NCBI GenBank assembly: GCA_973895155.1
Contig: OZ316892.1
Span: forward strand, 21,205,619-21,269,618
DNA from: Marsupella aquatica
Lineage: Eukaryota; Plantae; Marchantiophyta
Direction: 5' to 3'
DNA length: 64,000 nucleotides
Below, piece by piece: positions 1 through 13,555 of this stretch. The notes beneath the pieces were generated by a model. The model was not told the DNA's origin, ran no database searches, and saw nothing but the letters and a program-made list of their open reading frames with translations. The stretch's first letter is position 1; every line of letters starts with the position of its first letter. The position numbers and the translations under genes were made by a program.

Positions 1-820
1 CACGCACATCTGTCTTGTCTTGGTTGTTAGCAAAATAACTCGCCAAATATGCACGAGCTAACGGGTTGCCACCTGTAGCCTTTATCATCTGATCTCCAAT
101 TGGCTGCATGCCAAAGAAAATAATGCAGTACTCGTTAAACGCTGCAAAACCAATATTCATAAAGAAGCTTTAACATATACTAAATTGTTACATGATTCAA
201 TTCTGCACAAAAATGAAATAGATTTTCCAGCACTGTTGTGAATTGTACAGTCAATGTAAAACCAGAAAACTATAAGGAACAAACCAAAATAAGATTCGAA
301 AGTGGTATTCAGAAACGGACCTGTAACTTGTCAGGAATCAAATTGTCCTTCAGTCCAACTAGTCGCAAGAATGGTCTTCGCCTCATCATGTTTGGGATCG
401 GTCATAGGAATAGGGAAAGAATGTTTCCTACAGATGTAACACAAAGTGGGATCTTGAGAAGTAACCAAGTACTTGACTCGTTTACGACCTTCAGAAGCTT
501 TCAACATCTCATCTATAAAAATACTGTGGGACACATCGTCCAGAATGATTAACATCTTGTTGCCACTCAAAAAAAACTCACGGAGGGATTCTGCAATCCT
601 AAATTAAAAGGCACTGTGTTCTTTCTCTGGATGACTGGCTAAGCTGGCGGGAGAAAGTCTCCTCAAGATTTCATAGTGCTTGTTTGAAGGATCAAATTTG
701 GAGCTACGTGCACAATTGACAAGGAGCACGTATTGAAACACTTCCTTTCTGTTTTGATAGATCTTATGCACATATCTGGCAAGAGTAGATTTCCCTGAGC
801 CCAGCTGCCCACCAAACAGA
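1..820 (-). pseudogene. NB-ARC (NLR/STAND-type ATPase) pseudogene fragment, continues off the left edge
   Basis: Minus-strand translation gives NB-ARC motifs in the correct order: P-loop GGQLGSGKSTLAR (~815-775), kinase-2/Walker B KMLIILDDV (~560-535), RNBS-B KYLVTSQ, then a GT-AG intron (~320-104) and GLPL-like MIKATGGNPLA (~90-55). It is disrupted by an in-frame TAA at 604-606 and a frameshift near 360 (VGLKDNLIPDKLQ lies in another frame). Confidence 0.8.
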
Positions 821-3703
821 GATTCTACATGATTGTGAGATGAAAGAAAGAATTATTCAAAAAATGGATGGAAAAAATATTGAAGTCCAAGGAATCCGAA
901 CGGAAACAAGAGTGAAGGTTTGAAGAGTGTTTGCCTACTAGCTCAGAAGGCCCTAAGGATTGGCCGAACAAACAGATTTTGAGTCCGACCCACCCCACAA
1001 AGGACGCGAACGGGAAATCAATCAATCTAGGCAGCCAGCTAGTGACCACCTCGCATAACAGAAGACAATTCATCCTCCCATTCCTCGTTGTATCGGACTG
1101 ACAATGGATAGTTTCTTTAAGCGAGTGGCTCTGAATGCATTTTCGATATCGTAGAGTTGTACATGAAACAAAGCACTTGAGGAAGGAGCGGGGAAGGGCA
1201 AGCGTGGCATACCGTGGTGGGTACACCTCGTGAGAATACAGCAGTTGCAGGTACGTACGTGTAATTTCGGCAGGAACAAGACTGCAGTTATTTCGACATG
1301 CCATGAAATGTGATCAGCTGAACCTCTGCGATTCAGGAGCTACATTTTTGAGACGGGTAATTAGACTCGTCCAATTATATACTAACCCTTTGCAAACAGT
1401 ACACTGACAATCAAATCTCGGATGTAGAGGCGGACAGAGAGCTCAACTGATCACTGCGAGTGTATCGATACCTTGATATAGCAGGTTCCCGTCCTGACGG
1501 AATATGTGGGCAAGAAGACAAAACTAAACACATGTTTTGGGCAAATATGTTTGGGAGATAGCATAAAATTCCCCAAATTAATGTTGGTAATCCAGATGGA
1601 GATGGGGCAAATATAAATGTGAGAGCATATAATTGTTTTTTTTGCAAGATTTTTTATGGTCATCATCTCTATTTACGTTCAAGGAATGGGTAAATCAGGC
1701 TAATAAGATAAATTTAACAATCACATTTCATTTTAGATTGCATTTATTGGTAAATGTAATTTTCCCTGAAAAATGCACTTAGGGAGGGACTATTGGAAAC
1801 CAAACAAACCCATATAACCTCATGCACTACAAGAGGCATGCACGAAAGCACTGACATGCCCTGTTAAAAATTGCACAATGTTGTCCAAGTGGAAGTGCTT
1901 AATCCAGGGGTTCACCTTATGAAGTTGTTGTATACCTTGTGCAAACTACTCTCATAAACCCAAGCAAATACCACCCCCTCTCACAGGTATAGGAAGCTCA
2001 GAAAAACCACCAATCATTGCTGATATGTGGTGACATGTGGCACTTTTTGATTCTTTACGGTGGCTACTCCTAAGTACTTCCCTAAAATGAATAAAATGTA
2101 ATTATCTTATTTAGTTCTCACATGATGTCAACAATTTTGGAAGTGAACCCCCAAGAATGCTTAGGGTGGCTTTAAATTTAATGTGTGTGCAATGGCCCTC
2201 CAGTTTGCTTTGTTGCAAAAAAACTCCCAAGTGCCCAGGACTTCTTGTAAAGTCCTCATTCTCATTCTCTAAGATGGTTGAAATGGTCATCATGTTCTTA
2301 AATTGGAGTCATCATATGATTCATGAGTTTATATCATTTGCACTCAATGTAGAACAGGTTGAGGTGAAAACTTGAACACTAAGTCAGAATCAAACATAAT
2401 GTCCACAGAGTTCAAAAAGTGTTTTCTGTCAGGGGAACCAAGAATTTTAATTTTTGAACACAAGGTCATGATGCTCTGTCAGGGGAAGACAGCTAGTACT
2501 TTCAGATATTTTCCAAAATCCTTGAAAATCAAACGGCTAACTTCAGATTGTGCTCAAAATTCTTGGAAACTAAAAGGGTACCCTCAAAGCCAGGCCAACC
2601 TCAAAGTTTGACCAAGAAAAGGCTAACCTGGAGATTTATTCCAAGATCTATTTATTCCAAGATTTTTGGAGATCCAAGGGCTAACTTCTTTCCGGTGGAA
2701 CAGTGCTCCAGACCAACTCGGGTTCCATAGCGCTCACCTCGAGTCGCCCACCGGCGCTCCAGCAACTCCGGTTCCATGGCACTCACCTCGACTGGCCCAC
2801 CGCCAGTCTACCGCAGTAGGCTCGGCAAACCCCGGAAAGAGAGAGGTATCGGTTCGGTTGAGCTCGGCGCGGGAAAACGGAACACCGAAAGGACGACGAG
2901 TCGACGACAAAGAGACGAGGGAGTGGAGGGAAAGAGAGCTCGTTTCTGTCGTCACTTCTGTGACTAATAATATACTCTGTCATTCTCTCTCTCCTCTCCT
3001 TTCATCAGCACGATCGATCGACAGACAGGGGCAGCATTTCAAGGAGATCGTTGTCCTCCCTCCCTTTTCGATGGGCGGAAGGCTGGCGGGAACATCGATT
3101 GCGTCGTCGTCGTTCCGTAGATCTGTAGAGCAACGCCACGCCGCCTCGCCTTCGAGGACGCCATAGAGATTTTGCGTAGAACGCAGAGGTGATCGTCGGC
3201 GGGTACTCTACTGTTTATGTGGGAGCGGAGTATTTGGAACGACAGGCGGTGTTTAATCGAAGGGAGGAAGGGAGGCAGAGCAAGCACCGTAGCATTGCAT
3301 CTGTTTTCTTCAAGTAAGTTCGATCTTTTTGGAGTTGTGATATTAGGCATTGTTGAAGGCAGATGAGCATAGCCTGGGAGTGTGTATTTGGAACGATCCG
3401 AGCACTGGAGCATTGCCTCGCCTTCGAGTAGGTTAGATCGTTGGCAGTAGCGATACTTTGCTGAAAGGTGCTTGTAGGCTAGTGTTCATTTTGGAGGTGG
3501 ACTATTTTGGAAACGAGGAGCACCGTAGCGGGTTGCATCGCCTGCGAGTACGTTAGATCTTTTGCAGTACCGACAGCCTGGCTTGAAAATAGATGATTGT
3601 AGGCTAGTCATTTGGGAGTCGAGTGCTTGGAGCGAAGGGCAAGACTTCCGCGCTGGAGGTATAGCAGCAGGAGGAGAAGCGTAGGAGCTGTAGATTAGGA
3701 GCA

Positions 3704-5258
3704 ATGGTGTACGGAGACGACGAGCAGAGCGAGGATTACCTCTTCAAGGTGGTGTTGATTGGGGATTCCGCGGTAGGGAAGAGCAATCTGTTGTCCAGGT
3801 ATGCGAGGAACGAGTTCAATTTGAATTCCAAGGCCACTATCGGAGTCGAGTTCCAGACACAGACCTGTGAGATCGATGGAAAAGAGATCAAGGCACAGAT
3901 CTGGGATACCGCTGGCCAGGAGCGATTTCGCGCTGTGACTTCCGCTTACTACCGAGGCGCCGTTGGTGCCCTCGTCGTCTACGACATCACTCGCCGCTCG
4001 ACTTATGAGAATGTCACCAAATGGCTTGACGAGCTGAGAAGTAAGCCCCTTGATTCCACCATTGCTTGTAATGTAGGGCGGAAGTGTAACCGAAGCCTCC
4101 GTTTCAGGCAAGGCCACCGTCAAGGTTGTATTTCTTCGTCCGGTGACGTTGTCAGTTTCATTGGATGTTCAATGAAGAATTTAGGTAAGGCCTCTCGTCT
4201 GCGGCAAAGCAATGGGACTCTTGCAGGGACTGCATAGGTCACTACCAATGCGAATGTTCTACACCTCAATTCCTCTGATCTCTCGGCCGGGCTGTAGAAG
4301 GGAGTGACACAAGTTTATCCAAATGTCCTCTCGATCCATCGTTCTGAACCATGTCCAAGCGTTCTGTTCTGTTAGACGGCACCAGCTCTTCGAGCAGTTG
4401 GACATGTCCATCGGTGTACATGTGTAAGTTCCAACTGGTCCCTAATGTGGTGCCTTTGCACCGTGGTAGAAAGAGGTCCTCGTCGTAGAGTGCATGGCGC
4501 GCAGGTTGACGTTTGAAATCACGTCGTGCGGCGGGCGAGGCTGACTGGTTGTAGTACCTCCGTCTTGATCGAGATCGTGATGAGTGTTGCGCGAGTGGGG
4601 TACAGTCCTGTGTTCAAGACAGGTGGTGACAAGAACTTTCGAGTATGAAAGTGGTCGTGGGACAGGCCGGGGCCCATCTCAATGATTATGTTCTCACCGA
4701 AAGGAGCTAATAACACCACCAGAGGGGGATTTATTGTCGTTAGTTTTCTTAAGGTTCGTCGAGGATCAAGTTACCGGAAGAAAAAGAGCCTCCTTTGTTC
4801 TCCCCGGTTCTTCCGTTCCCTGCCTGGCGTTCCCTGCCCTGCCCTCAATCCGCACTGTATCTTTCATGTTGTTCCAGTTGATCCTTTGCGAAGCTGAATT
4901 CCTGCAGCTAACCGGCTTCCTGGGTTCCTTGTTGGTTGTTGCAGTGCATTCAGATGCGAGCGTGGTCACCATGCTGGTTGGAAATAAGTGCGATCTTCAG
5001 ACACAACGGGATGTGACAGTGGAAGAGAGCACCGAGCTGGCCGAGCGGGAAAGTTTGTTTTTTATTGAGACATCTGCACTAGATGCCACGAATGTCAGTA
5101 AGGCCTTTGAGACCGTCGTGAAGGAAATTTTTCGGATTGTTAGCAAGAAGGTGATATCTGCGGACACCATCGAGAAGGAAATGGTGGGCCAGAGCCTCAG
5201 ATTGACAGAGTCCGAGGTGAATGGAGCTGAGAAGCCGAAGAGATTTGGTTGCTGTTAG
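3704..5258 (+). CDS. RABA5: Rab11/RabA-family small GTPase (RabA5-like), 216 aa; join(3704..4040,4945..5258)
   Basis: GDSAVGKS P-loop, [10 protein letters not shown] switch [19 protein letters not shown] and C-terminal CC prenylation motif. A phase-1 intron (GTAAGC...TTGCAG) gives 651 nt of CDS. A probable 5'UTR intron lies at ~3314-3602. Confidence 0.95.
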
Positions 5259-7394
5259 GCGATTTCAGCTTCCGTCACGCAAGTTGAATACAGCATGCCT
5301 TCAATGTAGACGGAGCTTCGTCGATTAATGTCTACAAGGTGGACTCGGGTACTCTCGTAAGTTGAATTGCGTCGTCGGGAAGCTGTGTCATGGTTTGGGG
5401 CAATGTCTGATTGGGAACCTATCTGCGGAAGCAGATCTGGGATTCTTGTCGTCCAGCAGTAGCCACCTGATTTGAATTATGTTGGTTGAAACGGTGCATT
5501 GTGCTACGGGGCAATCTCCGATGGGAAGCTTTCTTCGGTGAGAAATCATGTACTCTTTACCGGTCGGTCGGTCGGCAGCAGCATCAGTAGCGGGCGCTCC
5601 AACGAGCCCTGTAGAGCATTTTTACACACGACATTGTGTGGCCGGATTTAGATCTGTACTGAACTGAGCAGGGTGCATATGTAAAGTTGGTCGTCCTTCA
5701 ATGTCTTCAGAAGTTTTATTTGATTCTTTGATCTAACGCTCCCATCCGTTCAATAGTTCGGAATAGTCTGTGAATATATATACTTGAGAGCTGAATACCA
5801 AATGTTGTCTTCTGTTCTTCCACACCTTGTGCGCGTATTTCTTCAATCGGTGAAGTTTTCCTTCCGAGCTATTGAATAGCATGTTTACGGTAGTGTAATT
5901 TACAGGGCGAATTTGATGTGAACATTGTGATCTAATGTGACTGATCGAGATGTTTTCGGCGTCTTTGAGTGGTGGTGGGATTTATCTGACATGACCCTTC
6001 ATGGCGTAAGCTTCCAACGAAATGCTCTGAGGAATCACTCAGCCATTTCTAGTGGGTGAAGCACGAGGGCTTGGACCTTGGATCACCTTTGATGTTCGAA
6101 TCAGTTGTCCGCTCCCCTCCTCTCAAAGGGGGATTGCTTCTGGTTTTTCCCTCTAGACTGGACCGTATCATGACATCGTTGTAGAGGTGGATTGCTTCTG
6201 TTCATTTCCTGCAGACTGGACGGTATCATGATTGAAGACAAATGCAGTTGGCTTTACCATAACTCAGAAACCCAGTCAGCTTTTATCAGGACTCGTAGGC
6301 AAATTCAGGCATGATTTCTACCTGTATCATGAGTGGAGACGGCCACGGTTGGCTGTACAATAACGCATGGGCATATTCAGGTTTTATCAGACGGCTTCAC
6401 CGTACCCCAGGGCCCATTCAGGTTGATGTCGCCTGCATGGCAAGTAGTGGGCCCCAAGTAAAACGTTCTTTGGTCTACAATTCTAGACCAATCCTCTGGT
6501 CCATTCATTTCCAAACTTTGCCCCTTCATTAAAGGTATCTGCAACACGAAGATAAGTCTCGCTTCTAGAGTAAGAAGCGGCCCCAAGTAGAAGGCTACTT
6601 TGTCTAGAACGCCATACCCATGTGAATTTATGACATTCCAGAATTCAAGGTCACCATCCTCATTTCTCTTGGTAAAAATGTAAGAAACCAAGAATGCATG
6701 AATTGAGCTGCAATAATAGTAGAAACAGAGATGCCAAATTCTGCCAATTTCTTTTCAAACAAGGCACGGATGGGACAGAATAATAGAAACAGAGATGCCA
6801 AGTTCTGCCAATTTCATCGCACACAAGTCACGGATGGGACAGAAGGAGGCAGAGACGGATTGAGGGCTGAGATAAAGGGCAAGCAGAGAATGCAATGTGG
6901 ATCTCTCCTCTTCACCATAAGTAGCACAGGAGTTCTAGTCTAGGCGTGTTTGAATCTGTTTGAATCCTGGTCTCTTCGGCTCTCTATATATCTCAAGAGA
7001 AAATATCTCCAGAGCCCAGAGTGTACGAGCTTCAAAGCTTCAGGGTTTCTTGTGGGCCTTTGTAATTTGTGGGCAAGTTTGCGAAGCTCTGGAACAAGAC
7101 GGCTTTTGTGAGAAGCCGTTTCCCATACTGTAGTTAGAATAGGGACCCGGGAGTGAGGCTCGGAATGTTTTGCAGGGAGTGCATGGGTCCAAGAATGCCC
7201 TTGTCCCGGAATTTGCAGTGGTGGGCCTGGGATTTAGCCCTACTCCCTCAGCCTTACAAGCCCCAACTTATGGAACCTTGCCTTACAAGCCCCAACTTAT
7301 CCTTGCTGGGAGTGAGGAGTCTGGATGTGTGTCAAGATGTTTAAGGGCTATGTTCCATGGGCTGGGAGTGAGGAGTAACAAATATATGTCAGAA

Positions 7395-7710
7395 TATTTA
7401 AGCCAATAATAAGACTCCAGCTTTTCTGGGGAGAATATTTAAGCCAATAATAAGACTAGCTTTTCTGGGGAGTGAGGAGTGTACAAATATATTTTCCCTC
7501 ACACTCCCTCTTAAACTTGGGCACCCCTTTATAGTTACCCTACAGGGCATTAGGGCATTCTCATTGGCTCCTAAGTCAAAATTCCTCATTGGCTCCTAAG
7601 TCAAAATTCACTTGGGTGATACTCCCTCTTAAACTTGGGCACCCCTTAATAGTTACCCTACAGGGCATTCGGGCATTCTCATTGGCTCCTAAATCAAAAT
7701 TCATATATTT
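7395..7710. repeat. Cluster of local direct duplications (~120-bp unit plus shorter units), probably a degenerate TE remnant
   Basis: ACTCCCTCTTAAACTTGGGCACCCC...GGGCATTCTCATTGGCTCCTAA occurs at ~7503 and ~7621. CTCATTGGCTCCTAA.TCAAAATTC occurs three times and AATATTTAAGCCAATAATAAGACT twice. Confidence 0.75.
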
Positions 7711-7864
7711 GAAATTTTAAATACTGTTAATACCTTGGCATATGCCACATTTGGGTCAGGTGTCATAAATCAAAACTCGTACATTTAAAATTTGTATACC
7801 TTGGCATATGACATATTTGGGCCCCAGGAGATGGGTGTCACACGGAGTGAGCTTACTCCCTTCC

Positions 7865-8056
7865 CCAGGCCCACGGAACCTTGCCCTAAGGCTAGTTATG
7901 AATGAGGCCCCCAGGCCCACGGAACCTAGCCCTAAGGCTAGTTATCAATGAGGCAGCGTGTTGCAACCCTACTATACATTGAGGGCCGTCAGTAAGGACT
8001 TTGAGGGCCCCCCAGTAATGGAACCGGACCCCACCCCTCAGATTTAGGGTTAGGGC
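7865..8056 (+). promoter_or_regulatory. Telo-box-like plus site II-like elements upstream of RPS20
   Basis: TTTAGGGTTAGGG at 8043-8055, and a duplicated CCCCAGGCCCACGGAACC motif at ~7863 and ~7910. Telo-box/site II pairs are established for plant ribosomal protein promoters. Confidence 0.5.
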
Positions 8057-8623
8057 TCGACTACGTACATGAGGCGGAAACCTCGCCTTCGGAGACTCTT
8101 TCGATTTCAGTTCGATTGTCGTGGAAGCTCTGTAAGCCTGTGAAGGACTTCTCCTCAGCAAGCGGTCGGCACGAGCCGGCGTCTGTCTCGGGTGCAACTC
8201 TCCTTCGACAATTTTGATCGTTCCGTTCCGAGAATTTCCAGCTAGAGGTATGTGTTTCGACTTGTTGAAATAAATCTGCTCTCTCAATTTCCTCAGTCCA
8301 CCTGAAGCTTGTTTGGGGATTTCTCGAGCTTCATCTGTCTCCTTCTTTCTCACGTTTTGGGAGGTTGCGTTATCGATGATTTTCTGTGGAGGTTATACTT
8401 AGGTTTTCCACTGATGCTGTAGATTTCCGCCTCGTCTCCTTAGCTTCGTCTTAGTGCACTCATCTGCCGACGTTCAAGTGTCTTCCTCGATAAGGAGGGC
8501 TTTTCAAAGGATAGGGCTTTGCCTTCGTTTAAGAAAGGAACCTTTTCTTGTGAGAGCTCCAGTGGCTTGGAGTTCATTTTCGTTTTCTTGTTGCATGACG
8601 ATTACCTTGGATATGAGCAGAAA

Positions 8624-9363
8624 ATGGCGACAGCAGTGCCACCAGTCCCAATCAAGCCCGGGAAGGCCGGACTTGAGGAGACCACGGAGGCCGTCCACCG
8701 TATTCGCATCACGTTGTCGTCGAAGAACGTGAAAAACCTTGAGAAGGGTAAGATTGCTATCGATTTCGCTGAGTTACTCCCATTGAAAAGGCAATTTGAA
8801 AGCGTATCTACGTCATTCTTATTGCTGCTGTGTAGTGACCTAAAGGTAATGACTGTATTTGCAGTTTGCGCCGACCTTATCAAGGGTGCCAAGGACAAGA
8901 GGTTGAAAGTCAAGGGCCCAGTGAGGATGCCCACGAAGGTGTTGCGCATCACCACCCGAAAGTCTCCTTGCGGGGAAGGTGCAGTAGCTTTCATTGTTCT
9001 CTTACCTCATCGCTTTCTCTGGCTTTTGTGTGTTGCTACTTTCTCTGGCTTTTGTGTGTCGCTACTGTTTCTGACTTCGAATACCTACGGCTACGTTGGA
9101 TTTTGTAGTCCTCTGCCGGGATTGGGAAATTCATCCGACTTAAATGGAACCCTTCCAGTCATTGAGTCAACCGATCAATCAACTAGTCTTAAGCAATACC
9201 ACCACCTTGTCGCTTTTCAGGTACTAACACTTGGGATCGTTTCGAGCTCCGAGTGCACAAGCGCGTCATCGACTTGCACAGCCCTTCGGAAGTAGTCAAG
9301 CAGATCACCTCCATCACGATTGAACCCGGCGTGGAGGTGGAGGTCACCATCGCTGATGTGTAG
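8624..9363 (+). CDS. RPS20: 40S ribosomal protein S20 (uS10), 126 aa; join(8624..8747,8865..8978,9221..9363)
   Basis: [102 protein letters not shown]. Canonical GT-AG introns, 381 nt total. Confidence 0.97.
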
Positions 9364-10555
9364 ACATATCTCTGGGGAGTGTTGGTGTTTTCTTACTAGA
9401 AGTAGTGGCCAGCGTTATCCATTACTAGTGAGAAACTCGTGCCTTAGTTTGTAACCGACACCAATTCTTCAACAAGTTGACGTGACTGTGTTTTCCACAC
9501 AGCTCTTGGTGTATAATAAACAACCAATACCTAGTTAGGAACTTGGTCAATTCAGATTTCATGATTTCCCTGCGCTCGTATTGCAATTGTTTTTATGACG
9601 TTCCAATTTGTCATGTAGAATTGAGTACTTTCTTAGTACCAGAGGTGAAACTAAACGTACACAATTGGAGGTAATTGTCTGGATCTGACGAGCTCCTGTC
9701 TCCGTGTCTCCGAGTAGCTGAAATACTCTTGGACATCGAATACTCTTCGTAATATGGAAGGTAAATTGAGTACACCAGGCACGACTTGGTCTAGAGCCTT
9801 TAGGAGCGACCAATCTTTCTTTTTACTTAAACTTGTATGGTGTACAATGTCTTCAATAGTATAAATTGCCCCCGAGCTTCACTGGCCGGCTCCTGCACCC
9901 TCATTTCCCACCCCGCCTCGTTTCCCTAAACCCTAGCCTATCGACGTGCAAGCTTTCCCCAAGTAAGAAAGGCTGGGGTCTTTGAGTACCACTTGGGACT
10001 GGTGTGTGCCGTGCCAAACAAGACCATCTGAGCTACGCTTTGCCCTGAGTGATGTCCGACAGCTTTTGCCTGTCTTTGCTGGACAAGAAACCACCCGGCT
10101 GATAGTAAGCTTGACTGAGTTGGATGGGCAATCTACATGAAAATTCCTCCAGATTGAATTTTGTCAGGGTTCAGATTCACCCTAGTGCCCGGAGACATTG
10201 TTGAGCAACTCCAAAAGCTGGAGGGTTATGAAAAGGTGCAACAAGGCTTTTGGGGTGGAAATAGTTCGACTCCTACTTTCGCTAGCACGCAAAATGCTTG
10301 GTACACCACCAAGCATTCTATTAGTGACCTCGATTCCATCCTGACATTCAGGAAGCACGGAGGTACTGCTGCCTCGGTAAGATGTGAGCTCGGTGCTGGG
10401 AAAAGAGTGCATTGAGAGCTCCTCTATTCGATTTTGACAAGCTACAGAGAGCTTGCTCAATGGTCTCCTTCCTTCCAACATAATTGAGAGCTTAGCTTGC
10501 CTTGCTGCTCCCTCACTACCAAACTCGCAAACAGACGAAATATTCAAGCTTCTGA

Positions 10556-10748
10556 GTGAAATTCAAGCTCTCGAACTAACAAAATTTGTGTAAATTTCGG
10601 TTTGGCAATTAGTATTGGTGATCAAGTGTTGTAATTGGAAATAATTGAAGTGAAATTCAAGCTCTCGAACTAACAAAATTTGTGTAAATTTCGGTTTGGC
10701 AAATTAGTATTGGTGAGCAAGTGTTGTAATTGGAAATAATTGAAGTTG
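10556..10748. repeat. Tandem duplication, ~95 bp x2
   Basis: GTGAAATTCAAGCTCTCGAACTAACAAAATTTGTG...TGGAAATAATTGAAGT is repeated back-to-back. Confidence 0.9.
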
Positions 10749-11014
10749 CAAAGAGTAATTCTGTGAAGGGTCGAAGCTCCCGTGGACACATACTTATGAC
10801 ACGCACACTCAGGATGGACAAGGAACGAATGACACTCGATGGACAAAGAAACTTAACGGTGGCATGGTATGGAAGTGTCATAGGTTCTGTGCAAGGATAT
10901 ATGTCTATAGTAACGCTTTACAGTGGCATATGGAACTCTCTCAAGCTATATACAAGGCAACATGTATATGATAATGCTTTGATAACAGCACATTGTGGGT
11001 CATCGTGGCCCCAG

Positions 11015-11153
11015 ATTGAGGGTGTCAGCTCAAGTTTTAAGGGGTGGTATGATTGTCTGTAACAGGGAGTTTGTACAGGTAAATGAATTGAGGGTGTCAG
11101 CTCGGGTTTTGATGGTTGGTATAATTGCCTGTAACAGGGAGTTTGTACAGGTA
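11015..11153. repeat. Tandem duplication, ~72 bp x2
   Basis: ATTGAGGGTGTCAGCTC...TGTAACAGGGAGTTTGTACAGGTA occurs twice. Confidence 0.85.
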
Positions 11154-11174
11154 CATGCAAAAGAGCTTTCTTAG

Positions 11175-11480
11175 TTTACACGAGCCTGAATGCCGAGTTT
11201 TGAATGTCAATAGTCTGAATGATATTTAAAAGCAATTCCAGCTGATGCCCAAAATTTGGTTGAATATGTTTTAGAATTTATTAGAGATTTTACACGAACT
11301 CAAATTGGAGAAGAAGACAAAATAATCATGCATGATTCATTTGGACATATATATATCCCATTGTTCTTTCCATGTGTAAATTTTGGTGGGATCCTGGAGT
11401 CACGGTCAAGTGGCTGCTTCATTCTAGAAGCCTAGACCCCAACTCTAATTTATGTTTACAAGTTGTTAGTAAGATCAAGA
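11175..11480 (+). repeat. Dispersed repeat family copy 1 (related copy at ~59210-59390)
   Basis: Both copies share ACACGAGCCTGAATGCC...TTTGAATG and TTCTTTCCAT.TG.AAATT.TGGTGG...GAGTCAC.GTC...GCTTCATT.TA...CCTAG.CCC...TAAGAT. Confidence 0.65.
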
Positions 11481-13171
11481 GTACTTCTGAACTCAAAATT
11501 ATGTAAAGCATGGAAAAGTACAAAGAGTGAATTCAGGAAGGGCATCCAGGCAACCCAACTCGTGGGCGGTTGCATGGGCAGAATACTGGACCAATCCATT
11601 GAAAAATTTCTATTACGGTCAAGTAATTAGTTCGTGGACCACCTATTAACAGAAAGCTTCAGATGACATCAACTCCTTGAACTCCTGAAAGTCCACCTTC
11701 CCATTAACGTCCGCATTGACTCCCTTGATCATCTGCTGACACTTCTTATAACTATGTCCTTCTTTCATGCCTAGGCTCTTCAACACCATCTGCACGTAGA
11801 CGAGGCCCTTCTTGAACCTACTAAGCTTGCTTCTCTTTCGTTCGCTCGTGCCTCATGCGTTGGACAATCTAACAGTAGTGAGAGGCATCACCGAGTTAGG
11901 AACTGCAATGATGACGTCATGGAAAGGAGTGCTGAGTGATCCAACATAGAATCATGTCCACTTCTTCCTTCGTGGCAGCAGAAGGTCGAGAAAATTGTCA
12001 CGATTACTTTGTCATCAGATCAACTTGCCGAGAGAGATTTAGTTATTATTCAATTGAAACACAATTCAGAATACGGGTGGGCAGCGGTTACTCAGGGTAA
12101 AAAAAATGGAAGGTGGGCCTCCTACTAATTGAATAGTCTGTTACCTAGGGTAAATAAAACGGTTATTTTTAAAACAGTTTTACATCACGATTTACGGCAT
12201 GGTGTCCTCAATTTTACCAAAATCATGCCACAGACACGAACGTTGAAGCAATTTTATTTTGTAAATCAATCCGTACCTGTTTGCGGCGCATCTCGATGAC
12301 GGGGCACGCTGCGGAGTCTCAAATTTTGGAAGGGACCTCTAGTGGGGTCCGTAAATATTGCAATGTCATCCTTGGACCTGAAGAGTTTAAATTGCAGGTG
12401 AGTACATTTTAGATTTTATTTGTGTTTATTAGGTATTTGTATGTCTGTCTGTACATCACTTGAAACATTTTTGTCCATCAGAGCTTCCAAAAATGATGCT
12501 CTCATGGACTGAGACTCTGAATCATGCAATTCCCATGTACCATTACACCTTCACTTATTGACACCCTTCTCATGTCCAAAATGTTTTAACAATTGAACAA
12601 AGTTTGTCCTTCAATATCAACTTGGTATCCAACTGAATTGACTCTTATTGGGATAGGCAGAAGTTGCTTGGACATATCTTTCCAACTAGTATAATATCTC
12701 TAGTTGTCATGAAGAATTGTAAGTCAAAGTGATGCATTTCTAAATATTACTCCATATGGCATTGTCCACAATTGCCGTTTGAAATGTATTTTGAATGGCT
12801 AACCTTGGCATAACCTTGGATTCCATATCTCCGCTGACACCCAGTCTGTGGAATCTAAGGATTTGGGTTCCTTAGAAAATCTCCTAGAGTTGATCTCAAT
12901 CATTGCACAGGGATGGTGGGCAACTCCAAGGCCACTCCCCTTCCGCTCTTGCAGCATAGGAGTGGTGTGCCAGGTTCAAAACAAGGTGACTGGGGCCAGG
13001 AGACCCATTACCCAAGGCCTATGGAGAATTCCTTTAGGCTCCAAAATGTTAAGGCTTCCAAAAGGGTCTTTGGCTGACTGGTGGGAGTGCTTTGTGTAGC
13101 TGATTAGTGGTAAAACTTTACTGAATTCCACCTCACTGAGTTTTTTTGGCCACTTTCAACAAAATTAGCTA

Positions 13172-13555
13172 CATTGTTCACCGTAATTAGTATGACTAAC
13201 ACTAATTTGAGAGCGCCCATTTCAAGGTCTACTCGTGAATTAGAGTTAGTCACACTAATTTTGTGCTAACACTATTTCCGCGCACATGAATTAGTGTTAC
13301 TCTGGTCTTAAGAGTGGAAAATGAGAGGGAAAACAACTATTTTGAAAAATTCACAACAATCAGTGTTGCTAGGGACTCAAGATCATCCAGTTTTTACAAG
13401 CAATTTAAACTAAAGTGAACAAAATTTGTTTTTAAAAACCAACAAAAATGAGTGTTACTTGGACTCAAAATCATTTTTACCAAAATTAGTGTTACTAACA
13501 CTAATTTAGTACTTAACACTAATTGTTGTATAAACACTAATTACGGTGAACAGTG
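13172..13555. mobile_element. MITE, 384 bp, ~20-bp TIRs, TA target duplication
   Basis: Left end TA|CATTGTTCACCGTAATTAGT, right end ACTAATTACGGTGAACAGTG|TA (one mismatch). The interior has many ATTAGT/ACTAAT subterminal motifs. A TA TSD suggests the Tc1/mariner (Stowaway-like) group. Confidence 0.8.

Noticed and set aside
604-606. In-frame TAA in the NB-ARC remnant as a possible U-to-C RNA editing site
   Set aside because: Reverse editing is organellar. This is nuclear DNA and a frameshift is also present.
9870-10550. Coding-like stretch, possibly a retrotransposon ORF remnant
   Set aside because: Multiple stops, and no recognisable gag/RT/integrase motif or LTR pair that I can support.
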